Shown here one piece after another: positions 27,801 through 38,899 of a DNA stretch of 64,000 nucleotides (the first letter of the stretch is position 1; each line of letters begins with the position of its first letter). Below the pieces are notes generated by a model. It did not search any database, was not told where the DNA came from, and was given only the letters and a program-made list of their open reading frames with translations. The position numbers were made by a program, and so were the translations under genes. This DNA comes from Lingula anatina (taxonomy: Eukaryota; Animalia; Brachiopoda), in assembly GCA_051362555.1 (NCBI GenBank), contig CM120641.1, positions 5,766,001 to 5,830,000 on the forward strand, read 5' to 3'.

Positions 27801-30800
27801 TTTTTTCAGTGATTCACTTGGAATCAAGAGTGAATCAAAACCTGGTGGTACTTGGTAGTCATACTTTTTTTATACTTTTTTTCTGTGTGCATTTTGCCTG
27901 TATCTTCTTTCCTGCAAATTAGAACTAAAACAGATACATGGGTTGTCTATTATGGTGCAAGCATTACAAGTATTACATGTCTGCAAGCGCTTTGAAATTT
28001 AAAGACAAATCTTAGTGAAACAATGCAAACTTGAAAGTCTGTTAATACTTAATTTGGAACTTAATCAGCATTTGAACCATACAAAATCTTCCAGTGAGAT
28101 GAAAGTTAAATAGAAATATGATTTTGCCATAACAAGCAAACATTACAGAAATGTGCACAATAAATTACATTATTTGTTATAAAAAACTATTACAAGTATT
28201 CTGGGTTCACATTAGGACTGGCATTTATACCAAACAAATTAAGCTTTCCAGGAACTTTTAACAAAAACAACCACCTGTTTGACAGTTCTGGGGACAGGCA
28301 AGTATGGGGTTGACAGATAGTAGCAGCAATGTGCTCATGACCAGAAAATAAAGACACAGTAAGTTGTCCTCACAATGTCTGTATATATGAATTGATGACC
28401 ACTGTGCATATGCTTTACACCATCCAGACTCTCTGAAGTACATCGCCTCTTTTCATTAAGCATGTTTTATTGATATTTTGCTTATCTTCATTAACCAGTC
28501 ACACTCCATTAAATCCACAATGATTATTGTGCTAGCAGACTCAAAGTTGGTTTAAATCACATCCAATTAAGGTGCTCAGCCTGTCCATTGTACTATGCAT
28601 TATCATATGGCATTAGTGTCTGGGGTAAAAAGGCAATTCACCTCACTTGGCTCATGCCATTAGGCGGGTTTCCAATTGGTTCAAACCAGCTCAGCTTAAA
28701 GACCCAGCTCAAGTGAGTAGGCAACAGGAAGATTAGATTTAGTGCATGTCAATGGTGGACATATCATAATTCAACAGCTTCTGTCTAAAAGAAAAGAGTC
28801 ATGACCATGTATTTGTCTGGACACATGGCATAGAGCTGCATGTACTGAGAATGGCTGAAAATTTAAATGTGTCCCCATAAAAAGTCTCAAGTTTTTGGGC
28901 TTAGATCACATAACTGATTATATGTGAAGTTGACTTTGTGATATTAAAAATTATTTTTTCAAATGATTGGTCTACAGTGAATGTTTTTACATACCTAAAT
29001 ATACTAATGTCTCAACTTTAAGTATCACTCACATTCACAGTTTGCTCTTGGGGCTTAGTCCTGAGACCAAAAAATGAGGTTAATAACCTTCTATATCTTT
29101 CTTGAAATGCAGCCTAGCTAATATCCAACAACATTTTTTCTAAGATCAATTTTCTGCTTATAACAGTTATTATGTAGAACAGGTCCCATATGACAAACTT
29201 TTTCTACTAGTATCTATAGGGCAGGGTCAGTGAGAAGCCCCCTGGACCTCAGACCAGGTTTTGAGAATATATTTGAGGTGTAAGTCTTGTAGGAGTTATG
29301 CAGTTGAACTAGATTTTCCTAGGAAGTGCAAATGCACTGACACTTATATTACTGTGCACAGTGCTACTTGTAAATCTGTGCAAACTGGAAGAGTTTTTGT
29401 GTGTGTGTGTGTGTGTGTGGGGGGGGGGGGATGTTTTTCACAGGTATAAGCAGGAAATAATTTCCTTAAATTTTTCACGTAAGCTAGGTCAGTCTAAAGT
29501 GGTCTTTTTTTTTTTTTTTTTTTTTTTTTGGGGGGGGGGGGTATTTTTAACAGGTATAAGCAGGAGCTAATTTCCTGGAATTTTCCACCAAAGCAAGGTC
29601 AGTTAAATGTGCATTTATGAATTGTCTATGAACTCTAGTGATGAATTTTAGCATCTCACTCATTAATACTCTTACCCCTGTTTAATTTCCTATAAATCTC
29701 CTGCCTGCTTTTTATAAAAAATATCAATCAATACTAAGTTCATTGAATTTTACAATAATTTACTTCTTATGTCATTGGATGAAAATTGTTAGCAGACCCT
29801 GGAAAATATGTGCATGACAGGATGCAAAATGGCCCCTTGGCTCCCATTGATACATAATATGTCTGGATTTTGGATAAGACATATACTGCGAGGAAATTAA
29901 GGCCAAAATCAATTCTGATTTAATCTGTTGGTGCATGCACTAACTTGATAAGACTGAGTAAATTACTGTAGTCTGTCTGGGTGTTCACCTAAGGTATGCA
30001 CAGAAGACACAAATGCAAAGTTTTTTGCAGTGCATGAAGGTTTTTAGTGCTGACTGGGGGGGGGGGGGGTCTGTCCATTGCAGGAGAGATTTTGATGATT
30101 TTGATTTTGATCACCATGTAGTGCAGTAAATTAAGTTTTTCATCTTTCTTTTTTTTTTCTTTTTTTTTTTTTTGTCTAATTGAAAGTATTGCCATGGAAG
30201 TTGTTTATCCTTTAGATAAGGCACTAATTGTTTCTTGGGTACAATTACATTTATTTCCGAAATTCATTGATAATGTGTAAATAGAACTAACAACAACAAC
30301 AAAAACAAAAACCACTCATAAGAACTAATAAAACCAGTAAAAATCAAACTTATTGGCTCTGCCTTTGAGATATTATCTTTTATATTTTTATATTTCAACC
30401 TAAAGGTAAGGATTTAGTAAGAAAGCTCTTTTAAAAGGTATTTAATTTATCACAGATTTGATTTTGAAAGTTCTTTCCAAAGGGTTTAATTTATGTCAGA
30501 CATCCCTGAAAGATTAGTCATAGTCTGGCTTTTAAGCATAATGTGATATATAGTCTGCTTCCAAAAATTATGTAACATAGCCCATAAGTCACCCGATAAG
30601 TTCTGTTACCAAGCACTCAAATGTGTTTTTTATAACACCAACAATCCAGATGCCTGTGTTGGTTTGGTAATGGTTGCCAAGACCACCATATTGGGTGAAC
30701 AACCACACAGGAAATTTGTTGAGATAAACTGTGATCCTGTTTGACATCAGAGTAATGTTTATCTATAAGATAGAACTGTTGCCTGTTGAAAAAAATGAAA

Positions 30801-33169
30801 TACTGTGTCAGTTTATCTGCACATTGCCTCAGTATTACTGGGCTGTAGCTGATAAACATGCATTGAGCGTTCAGGTTTGATTTCATCTTTTAGTGGATTG
30901 AAAATTAAATCATTTTGAGATGCGGTTAATGATCTAGAAATAAATAATAAATGATCAAGCATGAGGAAAATCAGCTGCCAACTTAATTATACATATTTAT
31001 GTGTAATGAAAAGGCTTACTGTTCATTCAGCATTTAATTCATCAGCATGTTTGAATTAAACCCCTCACCCAAAAACAAACAAAAAAATAAATGAAGAGCA
31101 GTAATGTTAAATGATATTCAAAAAATAATCAAATAACACTTTCACATCATGGATTGATCACTTGTTAAAATAAAGGAATATACACTTGATGCCATGATAG
31201 CACTACACATTGGGTGACTTTGTAGACTTTCATAGGGATATAGTGTCCTTGCTATTGGTTGACTTTATTTCAGCTTATACTTTTATGCAGAAGAGAAATG
31301 GAGGGAAGAATTGTGTTATGTGTGACTTGGAATTGCATTGAATGTGTGTTTATTTGTCTTCACTACTGATGCTGAGTTAAATTTTAAGTGAATAGTATTG
31401 TAGGGCTGAAATCAAAACTAAGGGATTGCTGGGACCCATATAGAGATTGACTGGGTGAGATGGACAGGGGAATGACTGGGTGAGATGGACAGGGAAATGG
31501 CTGGGTGAGATGGACAGGGAAATGGCTGGGTGAGATGGACAGGGAAATGGCTGGGTGAGATGGACAGGGGAATGACTGGGTGAGATGGACAGGGAAATGG
31601 CTGGGTGAGATGGACAAAAAAAATGGCTGGGCGAGATGGACAAAGAAATGGCTGGGTGAAATGGACAAGGAAATGACTGGGCGAGATGTATATGGAGCTC
31701 TTGAGCAGTATATCTTGTTACATTTGATGTAATGGGGGCATTGTGTTAGGTGTGACATTGAATTGTACTGACACAACACAATACAGTGTCTTTCCTAATC
31801 CAATACAGTCTAAGATAAGACACTGTATTGTATTGTATTGTTTTGTATTGTGGCAACATGATTACTGTTTTAATTTTGTCAATTTCATTGTAGCTGCCCA
31901 GGAGGACCACTCTGATGCTGACTGTTTTGCCTGTGCGTTCCTAAGCCATGGTATAGAGGGACGGATATATGGGACCAATGGCCTCATATCCATAGATTTA
32001 CTGCTAAGTTTTTTCAAGGGAGACAAGTGTTTATCACTGGCTGGGAAGCCTAAGCTGTTCTTTATACAGGTGGGCAGTTTCATATTTTTTCCTATTTAAA
32101 GAATTACACAAAAACAGGTGGCACTCATTTCAATGACATAGACCCCATTCCCACATATTTTAGATCGATCTATCCCCGTGGGGAGTCTCACTAGATTACT
32201 GTCAGCTTAGCCGACTTAAATGTCTGTCCCGCCTACTAAAAGCTGTAAGGGGGTAATTAACTTCCATGCGCGGTCGTATGACAGCAATTTAGTGTGAACC
32301 CTCAGGGAGTTAGGTCGATCTAGTTGGATCGATCTAAATCTCTGAGAATGCGCTCATAGACTCAAAACTGACAGGCACTGATTTCCGCCATATCTTACAA
32401 ATAATTGATGTTATATTAACCTTTATTTGGACTGATTTCTCTGTACCTTGTTATAGGCCTGTCGTGGAAAGAAGAATGATGAGGGTGTTGATATCCCATT
32501 GGATGAGACAGATAGTGCCACTGAGCCCAAAGTCCGGCGTATTCCTACAGAGGCAGACTACATGGTGGCATATTCTGTGGCACCTGGTAAGAGCAGAAGA
32601 GGAACATACCCAGACTGTTTAGCCCACTGGTCTCTTGCATTAATGGACCTCAGAGAGTTACTAGTCTATTAGTCTGAATTAAGTTGTGCTATACACATCA
32701 GGTGACATCTATAGATAGTGGAAGACTGGTGTTAAACAGCTGCCCAAATTTCCATTAATCTTATTTATTTATTTATTTATTTATTTTGCTATTCAATAAT
32801 TAAGTATTCTGATGCCAAGTATTCTGATAACTTTGTAATGCTCTGGGAGTGGTGGCTCATTGAGGCAAACTGATGTCTGATATATAAAAGAAATATTCCA
32901 AGAATTTTTTTATCTTTCCAGGTTATTACTCATGGAGGAACTCTGTAGATGGCTCCTGGTTTGTGCAGGGTCTGGTGCTAGTGTTGAAGGAGTTCCACCA
33001 AGAGATGGAGCTGCTGCAGATGATGACCTTGGTAAACAAGGTCGTTGCTGAGGAGTTTGCCTCCGACACAGGGTACGAGTACAACAGCGGGATGAAGCAG
33101 ATACCCACTATTGTGTCCAGGCTCACTAAGTTTGTCTATTTCAGACCAAAATATCTTGATTATTCTTAG
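9254..33169 (+). CDS. Effector caspase (caspase-3/7-like), ~295 aa
   Basis: Secure exons are 26181-26449, 31894-32069, 32457-32586 and 32922-33169. They carry [16 protein letters not shown], catalytic [11 protein letters not shown]|ACRG, a DETD linker, YYSWRN, GSWF and KQIP. Two inferred N-terminal micro-exons, 9254-9269 (MESAE) and 10782-10830 ([15 protein letters not shown]), join in the correct phases (1, then 2); these are less certain. Confidence 0.85.
9545..10066. mobile_element. Old foldback/palindromic MITE
   Basis: 9545-~9815 is a diverged reverse complement of ~9835-10066 (GGTCTGCTTAAATTGCTCAATACACCTCAATACAGCGC vs GCGCTGTATTGCGGTGTATTGCGCAATTTAGGTAGACC). The left arm has an expanded poly-A tract. 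Confidence 0.65.
11820..18464 (-). CDS. Fatty acid-binding protein (intracellular lipid-binding protein family), 131 aa, 4 exons
   Basis: Exons 18464-18395 (70 nt, [23 protein letters not shown]), 14358-14186 (173 nt, ..[16 protein letters not shown]..), 13907-13806 (102 nt) and 11870-11820 (51 nt, [16 protein letters not shown]). The GxW motif and the 173/102-nt internal exons match the canonical FABP gene structure. Confidence 0.92.
18581..18621 (-). promoter_or_regulatory. FABP core promoter (TATA box and Inr-like site)
   Basis: Minus-strand TATAAA at 18621-18616 and TCAGT at 18585-18581, about 30 nt downstream and ~120 nt upstream of the ATG. Confidence 0.55.
20365..20510. mobile_element. 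Harbinger-like MITE
   Basis: TIRs GGCCC(A/TG)TAACTCGAAAGCA with a CTG duplication on both sides (20362-20364, 20511-20513). Confidence 0.6.
21829..21879. repeat. (ATTT)n microsatellite
   Basis: Direct reading. Confidence 0.9.
22900..25961 (+). mobile_element. Helentron-associated non-autonomous element (HINE/DINE-1-like), copy 1
   Basis: Order of parts: 5' T-run, sub-TIR TGTACAGACA with adjacent inverted copy, GTC/GCC microsatellite, ~3 tandem 161-bp units (22977, 23138, 23299), 3' sub-TIR TGTCTGTACA, hairpin GACAGC-TTT-GCTGCC, T-run. Homologous along its length to 34570-37633. Confidence 0.8.
25174..25400 (+). mobile_element. Short HINE-like element nested in HINE copy 1
   Basis: Reads TTTACCT..GGAGGTTAT ... 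CCTTGGCAGAGGTCTGCACTCT..CTAGTT. It is absent from the homologous TT site in copy 2 (~37075). Confidence 0.6.
31449..31690. repeat. 25-bp G-rich minisatellite, ~10 copies, in a caspase intron
   Basis: Unit G(G/A)CTGGGTGAGATGGACAGGG(A/G)AAT; CTGGG recurs at 31451, 31476, 31501, 31526, 31551 and onward. Confidence 0.9.
32141..32355. mobile_element. MITE (Harbinger-like) in a caspase intron
   Basis: Imperfect ~30-bp TIRs with a TTTAGATCGATC core, and ATA on both sides. Confidence 0.55.
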
Positions 33170-34569
33170 CTTTTACTCATTTTGTCATCCTTGGCGACAT
33201 GTGATCAGAGTTAATTATATTGTCAAGTCATTCAAAGTAACCAGCTTCCTTCAAATAATTTATACACATATCTTTTATGCATTAGCTATAGAACTGTTTT
33301 GTTCCTTTTTATACATTTTAATAACTGTTGCAGTGGAGTTAGTGTCTGACACAGGGTATGAGTATAACAGCTGTATTCAGGCTGAAAAAAATCTTGGTTA
33401 TCCCTAGCATTTTTTTTAGCACATATGATTGCATTATACAAGTATGATAAAAAAAGGTTTATTGATACGTATCTTCCTTGTTTACCAAAATGTGCTCCAG
33501 ATAGTCTGTCCAGTCATTAATTCACCAGCTTCCTTTCAAGACATTTATACACACCTTTTTTTTACCCAAGTTTCAGAGCTTTTGAGAATTTTTTTAAACA
33601 TTTTGTACAATTTTGGACAAATATATATTTGCTTTGTATTGATTTGACTCAATGCAAAAGAGGAGATCTTGTTTTGGGGATAAATGCATTTTAGACACAA
33701 TACCAAAAGCATTTTAGTAACTGCTCAAGAAAATTGTTAAATGGTCAATGACCACTTCTGTGAAATTTGTCTAAAAGTTGAAAAACTTTATAGGCCTTTT
33801 TAAAGCTGTGCAATTTGTAAGCACTGTGTAATCAGAATGTGCTATAAGCATTGTGGGGACATTGTTTAATGTACAAATTTTACGTGATACAACAATGTGT
33901 TGATTTTATGAAGTTTCAATTGTTGGTTAAACTATGATGATGCCATTGATTTATTTATATAATATTCTATATATAATGCAGCAGTGAAACTGCATGACTT
34001 TTAAATATTTATACTCAAATCATGCTTACATAATCTAGTCAGTGCTTACTGACATATACACTTTATGTATTTGTTGAAACAGAATTTGTTAGGGACTGAC
34101 ATTGTTTTAGAATGTCTGGTGCATTTTGTTGTTTTAATGATTTGGGGCATTTAAAAGCATGCTTTTAGTTTGTCTATTGCTTTTCAGAGGAATCCTTTGG
34201 ACGGAGTTATCCATATTTACATACCTTAACAACCAGTTTCCCTTGTTTATTTGACAATTACCACTACCAATTTTAATCATAATATTTAAAAATGATCTAT
34301 ACTTCATAAGTTATGTTTATAAGAACTGTGTTACTGCATGAATGATATAATCTGAGTTTTAACACTGATAGATGTATATTTAATCTCAAAGCAAGAAAAT
34401 CTTTCTTTATTGTCTCTTTTCTTTTACAGAAATGAAATCGTATGTATTTGAGTTCTTGAAAATGTGTTGTGATATGAAAAATTTGACCCAAAGATCTCAA
34501 TAAAATGTTATTAGATACAAGTATTGTTTTTTTTTTCTTTCTTTCAGATGTATTGCACTGTAAAAGGCA

Positions 34570-37500
34570 TTTTTATGTACAGACACAGATGTGTCTGTAC
34601 ATATAGCCATCACCTGCGTCTGTCGTCGCCGTCGCCGTTGTCGCTGTCGTTGCCGTCGTCGCCGTCGCCGTGCACTTTTACCGATAACACGATAAGTGGA
34701 AAACCATTTTTTCTTTTGGCTTGAAACTTACAGAACTGATGAATATTCATAATACGCAGGTCAAGTTCGAAAATCAGCATGATCGGGCTATTAATATGGA
34801 AGTAATGCAGTTTTTTCACTTTTTTCAACATTTATGCAATACCGATAACACAATATTTGAAAAACCGTTTTACCTTTTGGCTTGAAACTTACAGAACTGA
34901 TAAATATTCTTAAAACACAGGTCAAGTTCGAAAATCAGCATGATCAGGCCATTTATATTGAAGTTATGCAGTTTTTTCACTTTTTTCAGCATTTATGCAA
35001 CACCGATAACACAATATTTGAAAAACCATTTTATCTTTTGGCATGAAACTTACAGAATTGATGAATATCTATAATACGCAAGTCAAGTTTGAAAATTGGC
35101 ATGATCAGAGCATTTTTATAAAAGTTTTGCTGTTTTTTCACTTTTTTTCAGCATATATGCAACACCTATAACACATTTTAAGGAAAATCGATTGCCCAAT
35201 TGTCTTGAAATTCACAGTAGTGATCAGTATTACTGAAATACAGATTAAGTTTTGAAAATAAGCTTGATCAGTAAAGGTTTGGTGAAGTTATACCTTTTTT
35301 TGTATATAAGTGTTTTTTTTTCCTCAAATTTAATTCTCAGGCATGCTAACAGTCTCATTTTTGAACTAATTAGATATGTTAAGTTGTTCTTTTGACATTT
35401 TCTGCATCTTAACAACATTGTTAGTTGATTATAAAAAAATGATGGTAAACCTGATATTGTGTATTGTTTAATAAGTGACCAAAATGGAAAAAAAACACAT
35501 ATCTTTACAGTTTGTCAGATTCAACCATTCACTATGTTCAGAATTTCAGAATGGAGCAAGTTGGACATTTATAATTGTTCTATTGATATTTTTGATTTTA
35601 CAACATATTTTTTGATTGATAATATAAAAATGACAATAAATTGATTATTTTGCTTTATGTAAAAAAGGTGTTGAAAATGGAAATAAACTCTTTCAATACA
35701 GTTTTCTCTTGTTTACATTTTGGGATTTTCACTGTATGACTCTGAACTCTATAGGCTAGTCACATTTTCTGAATATCCATGATACTTTTATTTTATTATT
35801 AAAAAATTTATGGTTATTATGCTGTTAAGCATTGTGTAATATTGCATCAAAATTGAACAAAACCCTGCCTCCGTAGTGGTGGTGAAAGGAAAACCATGTC
35901 ACTTGCTCTTCTCACACTTACAGGAAAGAAACATAGGACTGAAATTCAGCTTCAGTTGAAAAATTGTCTCATTAATTAATTGTTTGGAAGTAATACAGTT
36001 TTTTTTGTGAAAATTTTTATCTTTCACATGTTGCAATTTTCAGTGTGGGACTTAGAGCTCCCTTGGGCATGAAGCCCAGTGGTAATCAAATTTTCTTAAT
36101 GTCCATGTTTTTAAAAGTAGATATTTTAAAATTGGTGGTATTTAATTAGTTAATCATTATGTAATGTTGCATCAAAATTGACAAAAAACCAACTTTGTGC
36201 TCTGCTACCATTAATATTATGTAAAGTAAAGTGTTACTTTCTATTTTTTTACTATTCTTACAAAAATGATTCTTAGGATTGACATTCAGCTCATATAAGA
36301 GAACCAGCTCTATTGGATTATCATTTTTATTAAATTTATGAATTTTTTGTGAAATTTTCATTTTTCTCATTCTGGCACTTTCTAATTGTAAACTTGGGCT
36401 TCGTTCACATGCAATGTCTATTTTCTAAATTCTATTTTCTATTCGCGCTATCTTATGATCACGATCTGTGCCCTGAATATCCCGCCGCGTAATTACTGGC
36501 AGCGCGAGCCAGTTACTTATAGTAACTTATAGTAACTGGCTCGCGCTGCCAGTAATTACGCCGCGGGATATTCAGGGCACAGACCATGATCATAAGACAT
36601 ACCGCAAATAGAAAATAGAATTTAGAAAATAGACATTGCATGTGAACGAAGCCTTGAACTCTGATGGGCCTGGAGCCTTATGCTTTTACTTTCATCAGTG
36701 TTACCTGTACGTTGTGCATAATTAAAATTTGATGTTGACTGTGCAGTTAAACATAATGTATTATTGCATCAGAATTGGTAGTCTCCTGTTTTATTTTGTG
36801 CATTATTGTTTTCTGCTTTTCTTAAGGTGTGACTTATGGACCTGAAGACCTTTGATAGACAAATTTGTGTGGTCAGTCTGTAAATTCCCCTTGGGTATTC
36901 ACTAGGCTAATTTCATTGCTATAAACTCATTTGCCTAATTAAGCGGCCATTAAATGAAATTTCATAAAGCACACTTGTTGATATTTCCCTGTAAACTCCC
37001 AAAGGTTAAGCTCTCTGCTAGATAACATAGTGTCCATAATAAGGAAGCAGTGAATAGCAGCTTCATTGGAATTATATTTTTGTTGTTTTCTTTTTAATTT
37101 TTTCTCCAACACTGGCATTTTTAAGATGTGATTTTTAACTCCCATCCACCTGAGGCTCTGCACATTTTCAGTATTTCCACATAAGCAGTTGTATTGGTAT
37201 TTATGTCTTTAAACACGCTGTAATATTATTTTATGCACTGTCATCATTTTTCATATATTGGGACTTTCATCATGTGAATTTTAACTCTCATGGTCCTGAA
37301 ACTGTAATCTTATTGAAGGGGATTGATTGAGACCATTTTCTGGGTCTCCTGGAAGACAGTCAGATTTTAAAGTTTATATTTACGGGTTTCTGTTGGAAGA
37401 CCATCAAAATGGAGGATGGATCAACAAAGATACTTTGGAATACTGTCAGAAAATATCTCTGGATCTGCTCCTGTTATTGACCATGTTACCTGTTGTGCAT

Positions 37501-37633
37501 GATTAAAAATCAGTGTTGACTGACTGTGCTATTATAAGCATATATTATTGCATCAAAATTGACAAAATGACCTATATTGCATCTTTTTTTTCTGTTTTTT
37601 TGTCTGTACATTTGACAGCTTTGCTGCCTTGTT
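34570..37633 (+). mobile_element. Helentron-associated non-autonomous element (HINE/DINE-1-like), copy 2
   Basis: Same termini and body as 22900-25961, with a longer GTC/GCC microsatellite and ~4 tandem 161-bp units (34680, 34841, 35002, 35164). Confidence 0.8.
36397..36653. mobile_element. Palindromic PIF/Harbinger-like MITE nested in HINE copy 2
   Basis: 257-bp near-perfect hairpin GGCTTCGTTCACATG...CATGTGAACGAAGCC with a 3-bp TTG TSD. The single TTG at the empty site in copy 1 (~24710) confirms the duplication. Confidence 0.85.
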
Positions 37634-38899
37634 AAATTAGTTCTTGTATTACTGAAACTACTAATGCTCATTATAAAATAAATGATTTGATCTTATCGAT
37701 CCCTTGAGCCTCCGCCACCTGGCCAGATTCATGGTCACCTTTCTATTCAGTGCAAAGGGGCTTGAAGGAATCTATTGAGGCACAAGAAAATGTATGTTAT
37801 GCAGTGTTGGATAATGAAATAATGTGTGTTTGATTTGATATAGTATTTGTTTCATGTCTGATTGTTAGAATGGCTCACTATTATCACAATAAATACAAAA
37901 TGGGTATGGTGCGGTCTTTCACACAACTCTTTATCAAAAGAATTTTCGTTAAACACTTACTGTTAATTAAGTCCCAATTCATGACATCCATGTTTTTTTT
38001 TAAATTAATTTAACCAACAATGTGACTGCCTTAAGGAAGGGAAGTATTCTGATGTCCCCATCATGATATAACGTATTGGGGCGGTCGATGTGAATGATGC
38101 GACACACTAGAACGCGATCGACAACATTACTAAAGTCACGGGTTCGAGTCCCGGATGAGGAACGTCACGACAACGACCTGGCCCCTGAATCGGGATGCAT
38201 TATCAGAGAGAAAACTTTTGATTTTTTACATAAGACTGTTCATATGTTCATGCAGTACCCGGGGCAAGTCCGCAGTCGACATTTGAAAGAGTAAAGACTA
38301 CTCAATACTAAAACCGCCGAGGTTTGAACAGCTGTGCATCTCACCGTGCTCTGTAACGTCAAAGGTGAAACCAAACGTTATCTCAGTGCAAAACAAAATG
38401 AAAATTAAAGCATCTGAAGTCATCTAACTAGGAACGTTCAGAACAGGCCTATCAAGGAAAGCGATCCAACTTGTTTTGATTCAGTAGCTTTTCCCGTATA
38501 ACAGCAGGTCATACCACATGGAGGCCCGTAGCCAGAAATTTCAAAAGGGGGGTTCTTTTTCTGAAAAAGTGGACCTTTTCCCATAAAAAACTTCATGTAC
38601 CTAGCTCAAATTTTACCTAGAGTGGACCTTTTCCCAGCAAAAGGGGCAGTCCTTTCGATCCCCCCCCCCCCCCCCCCCCCTTGGTTACGGGCCTGACCTG
38701 TTAACCGTGTTCGGTAGAAAAACGATATCTCCTCGGCAGAATTATGTGCCAAATATGTTTTACTCAAAATTACCATCACTGCAATCGCACCAGTAATTAA
38801 ACACTTGAATTTTTTTTTTATTCTCTCCTCTTAGGTTCTCGCTAAAAGTAAAACACGCCTGTTGTGAACCGCATCTGATCCCTGTGGACTCTTTAATAT

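Noticed and set aside
29420-29610. Two ~110-bp direct repeats with G tracts
   Set aside because: A local degenerate duplication with no coding, RNA or terminal-repeat signature.
31377-31779. Pro/Ser/His-rich minus-strand ORFs
   Set aside because: Translation of the 25-bp minisatellite.
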